Part shown: piece after piece, positions 36,301 to 37,862 of the stretch
How positions within the stretch are numbered: the first letter of the stretch is position 1
Layout of the letters: each line of letters starts with the position of its first letter
Source of the DNA: Phoronis australis
Lineage: Eukaryota > Animalia > Phoronida
DNA length: 37,862 nt
Reading direction: 5' to 3'
Assembly (NCBI GenBank): GCA_002633005.1
Contig: NMRA01000315.1
Location: 359,799-397,660, forward strand
Notes under the pieces: model-generated
Databases searched by the model: none
What the model saw: the letters and a program-made list of their open reading frames with translations, nothing else
Told to the model about the DNA's origin: nothing
Made by a program: the position numbers and the translations under genes

Positions 36301-37629
36301 CCAAGAAGGGTCTACTAGGAGACGTCAGATGAGTCGCCTCTCCAGTCGGCAATAGGGTCAGCAAATTAGTCCCCTAACTTAGATAAACAATTTGGATTAT
36401 ATGTATCCTCAGTCGCCAATTAACATTTTATTTTATGTCAGCAATGAACTATGGCCAATCAAGGCATCAAACTGTTTGTAGTTCCTTCTCGTGTTGCCAC
36501 TTTGTCTTAAACCCACACTTTATCAACTTTCTCTTGACTATTTAACATTCACAAAATTCATGAAATTAGAACGTATACGAAGTATACGATAAAGTCGCGT
36601 GATTTTCGGACACTGAAAATTAATTCCAATAGAAAAAATTCATTCTTGGACGAATCTCGCGAAACATCATTTCTGTGGTGTCCGAATTTGGCGGACCACC
36701 TAATTTGGGTTTCCGCTAGTGTCCGAATTTCGTAATGTTCTTGCGGAATCATCGACGGCATCCGTCGGAAAATCAAACGCTAAATGATATCGCAAAAAAT
36801 AATTTCAAATTCTAGCTATGAGGCATTTTTACACAACGTTTAAACCTTACAGTGAAATTGTATGAAAATTCAAAACAACGCTGGATATGTTACGAAAGCA
36901 GGTGTTTTCAAGAAGAGAAATTTTTGCTTTTGACTACTGTTTCATCACCAATTCGCATATTCCCATTGAAAATTGCTTTAATTTGGTATAATTTGTAAAT
37001 ATGCCGGTGATCGAAAAAGGTTTATTTTGGGAGCAACACCAACAACCGGTTGATCACTAGTGCATCATTGATGCATAAAAACAGCGAGCGCAAACGGACA
37101 AATCACAACCAAGGTCCATATTCGGTGGCCACTTATGGTGAAAAATAAATGTTGTCATATAACTGTAAAAGCTGGGTTATTTTAAAGTACCATCATTCCA
37201 GGTTTGTGTTCTAAAATATTTTTACACAAGAACCCCTGAATAAAATTTTATGGCCTAATGCATCGCAGTTGTATAAAAGGGTATGTACACTACAACTTGT
37301 GGTCACAACCCACTTCTACCATGCAAAAATTCATAAGGTAGCTTTTAATTTAATAAGTTTTTGATTGAATTGAAGAAGTACTACATACTAAAATAAGATA
37401 AGTTACTAGCGTGCTGATCAAGTTGTTCTAGATGATGATACATTGCATATCTTAACAAAGTATAATGAGAACTTCCTTCTCTTGCAATATGATTCTTACA
37501 AAAAGAAAATGACAAGTAACTACTTTTTTCAAAAACTTTAGTGGTGCTATTTGCCTAGTTTTCAATACATTCACCAGTTGGTTAAAATAGTTAATGCAAC
37601 GCCAGGCCCAGTGTTCCACTTGTAAACAA

Positions 37630-37800
37630 AACAAGAGCAACGCAGAGCGTTGAAATGCGCCCACAATTGCACCGTATACGGTATACTTCTAGGGTTGTTT
37701 ATTGGTACCATAAAGTGGCCAGTGGCGGGCATATATGTAGTATGTTGTACTTTGCAAAATGGAAAGGCATGATTATAGTCTCCTCAATAGGCTAGGGGCA
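37630..37800 (+). repeat. Second copy of the AACAAGAGC-initiated element
   Basis: Aligns by eye to 29331-29430. Confidence 0.6.
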
Positions 37801-37837
37801 AAATGTGAGTGATCTTCATAATACAAGCACATCCTAT

Positions 37838-37862
37838 CAGGGCTCGACGCTACTAAAATCGC
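37838..37862. mobile_element. Left terminus of a hAT-like MITE running off the window
   Basis: cagggctcgacgcta, same TIR family as 33040-33054. Confidence 0.45.

Overview
AT-rich, repeat-laden DNA of a eukaryote, probably an invertebrate animal, so the ORF track is mostly noise and the genes had to be assembled from exons by hand. Two convergent spliced genes were reconstructed. (1) On +, a C-type lectin (CTLD) gene with a 19-nt microexon, a Thr/Pro linker and a C-terminal PAN/apple-like domain (exons 4789-4957, 5351-5558, 6971-6989, 10332-10627; 5' end unresolved). (2) On -, CDK5 with nine coding exons in the window (33368 down to 18739); its first exon was not found and probably lies beyond the window. 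The CDK5 has a PCSALRE helix instead of PSSALRE and a GT-AG minor-spliceosome (U12-type) intron at 21081-21962. Between the genes lie a decayed L1/Tx1-like LINE with a nested antisense RNase H-bearing LINE, and a ~1.15 kb tandem duplication split by an N that is most likely an assembly artefact. Introns carry a hAT-type MITE with an 8-bp TSD, a tRNA-derived SINE head, minisatellites, hairpin elements and a repeat family full of CTCF-like motifs. I see no evidence of a wholly new multi-gene system; the notable items are gene-level peculiarities. All family assignments come from motif recognition, not database searches.
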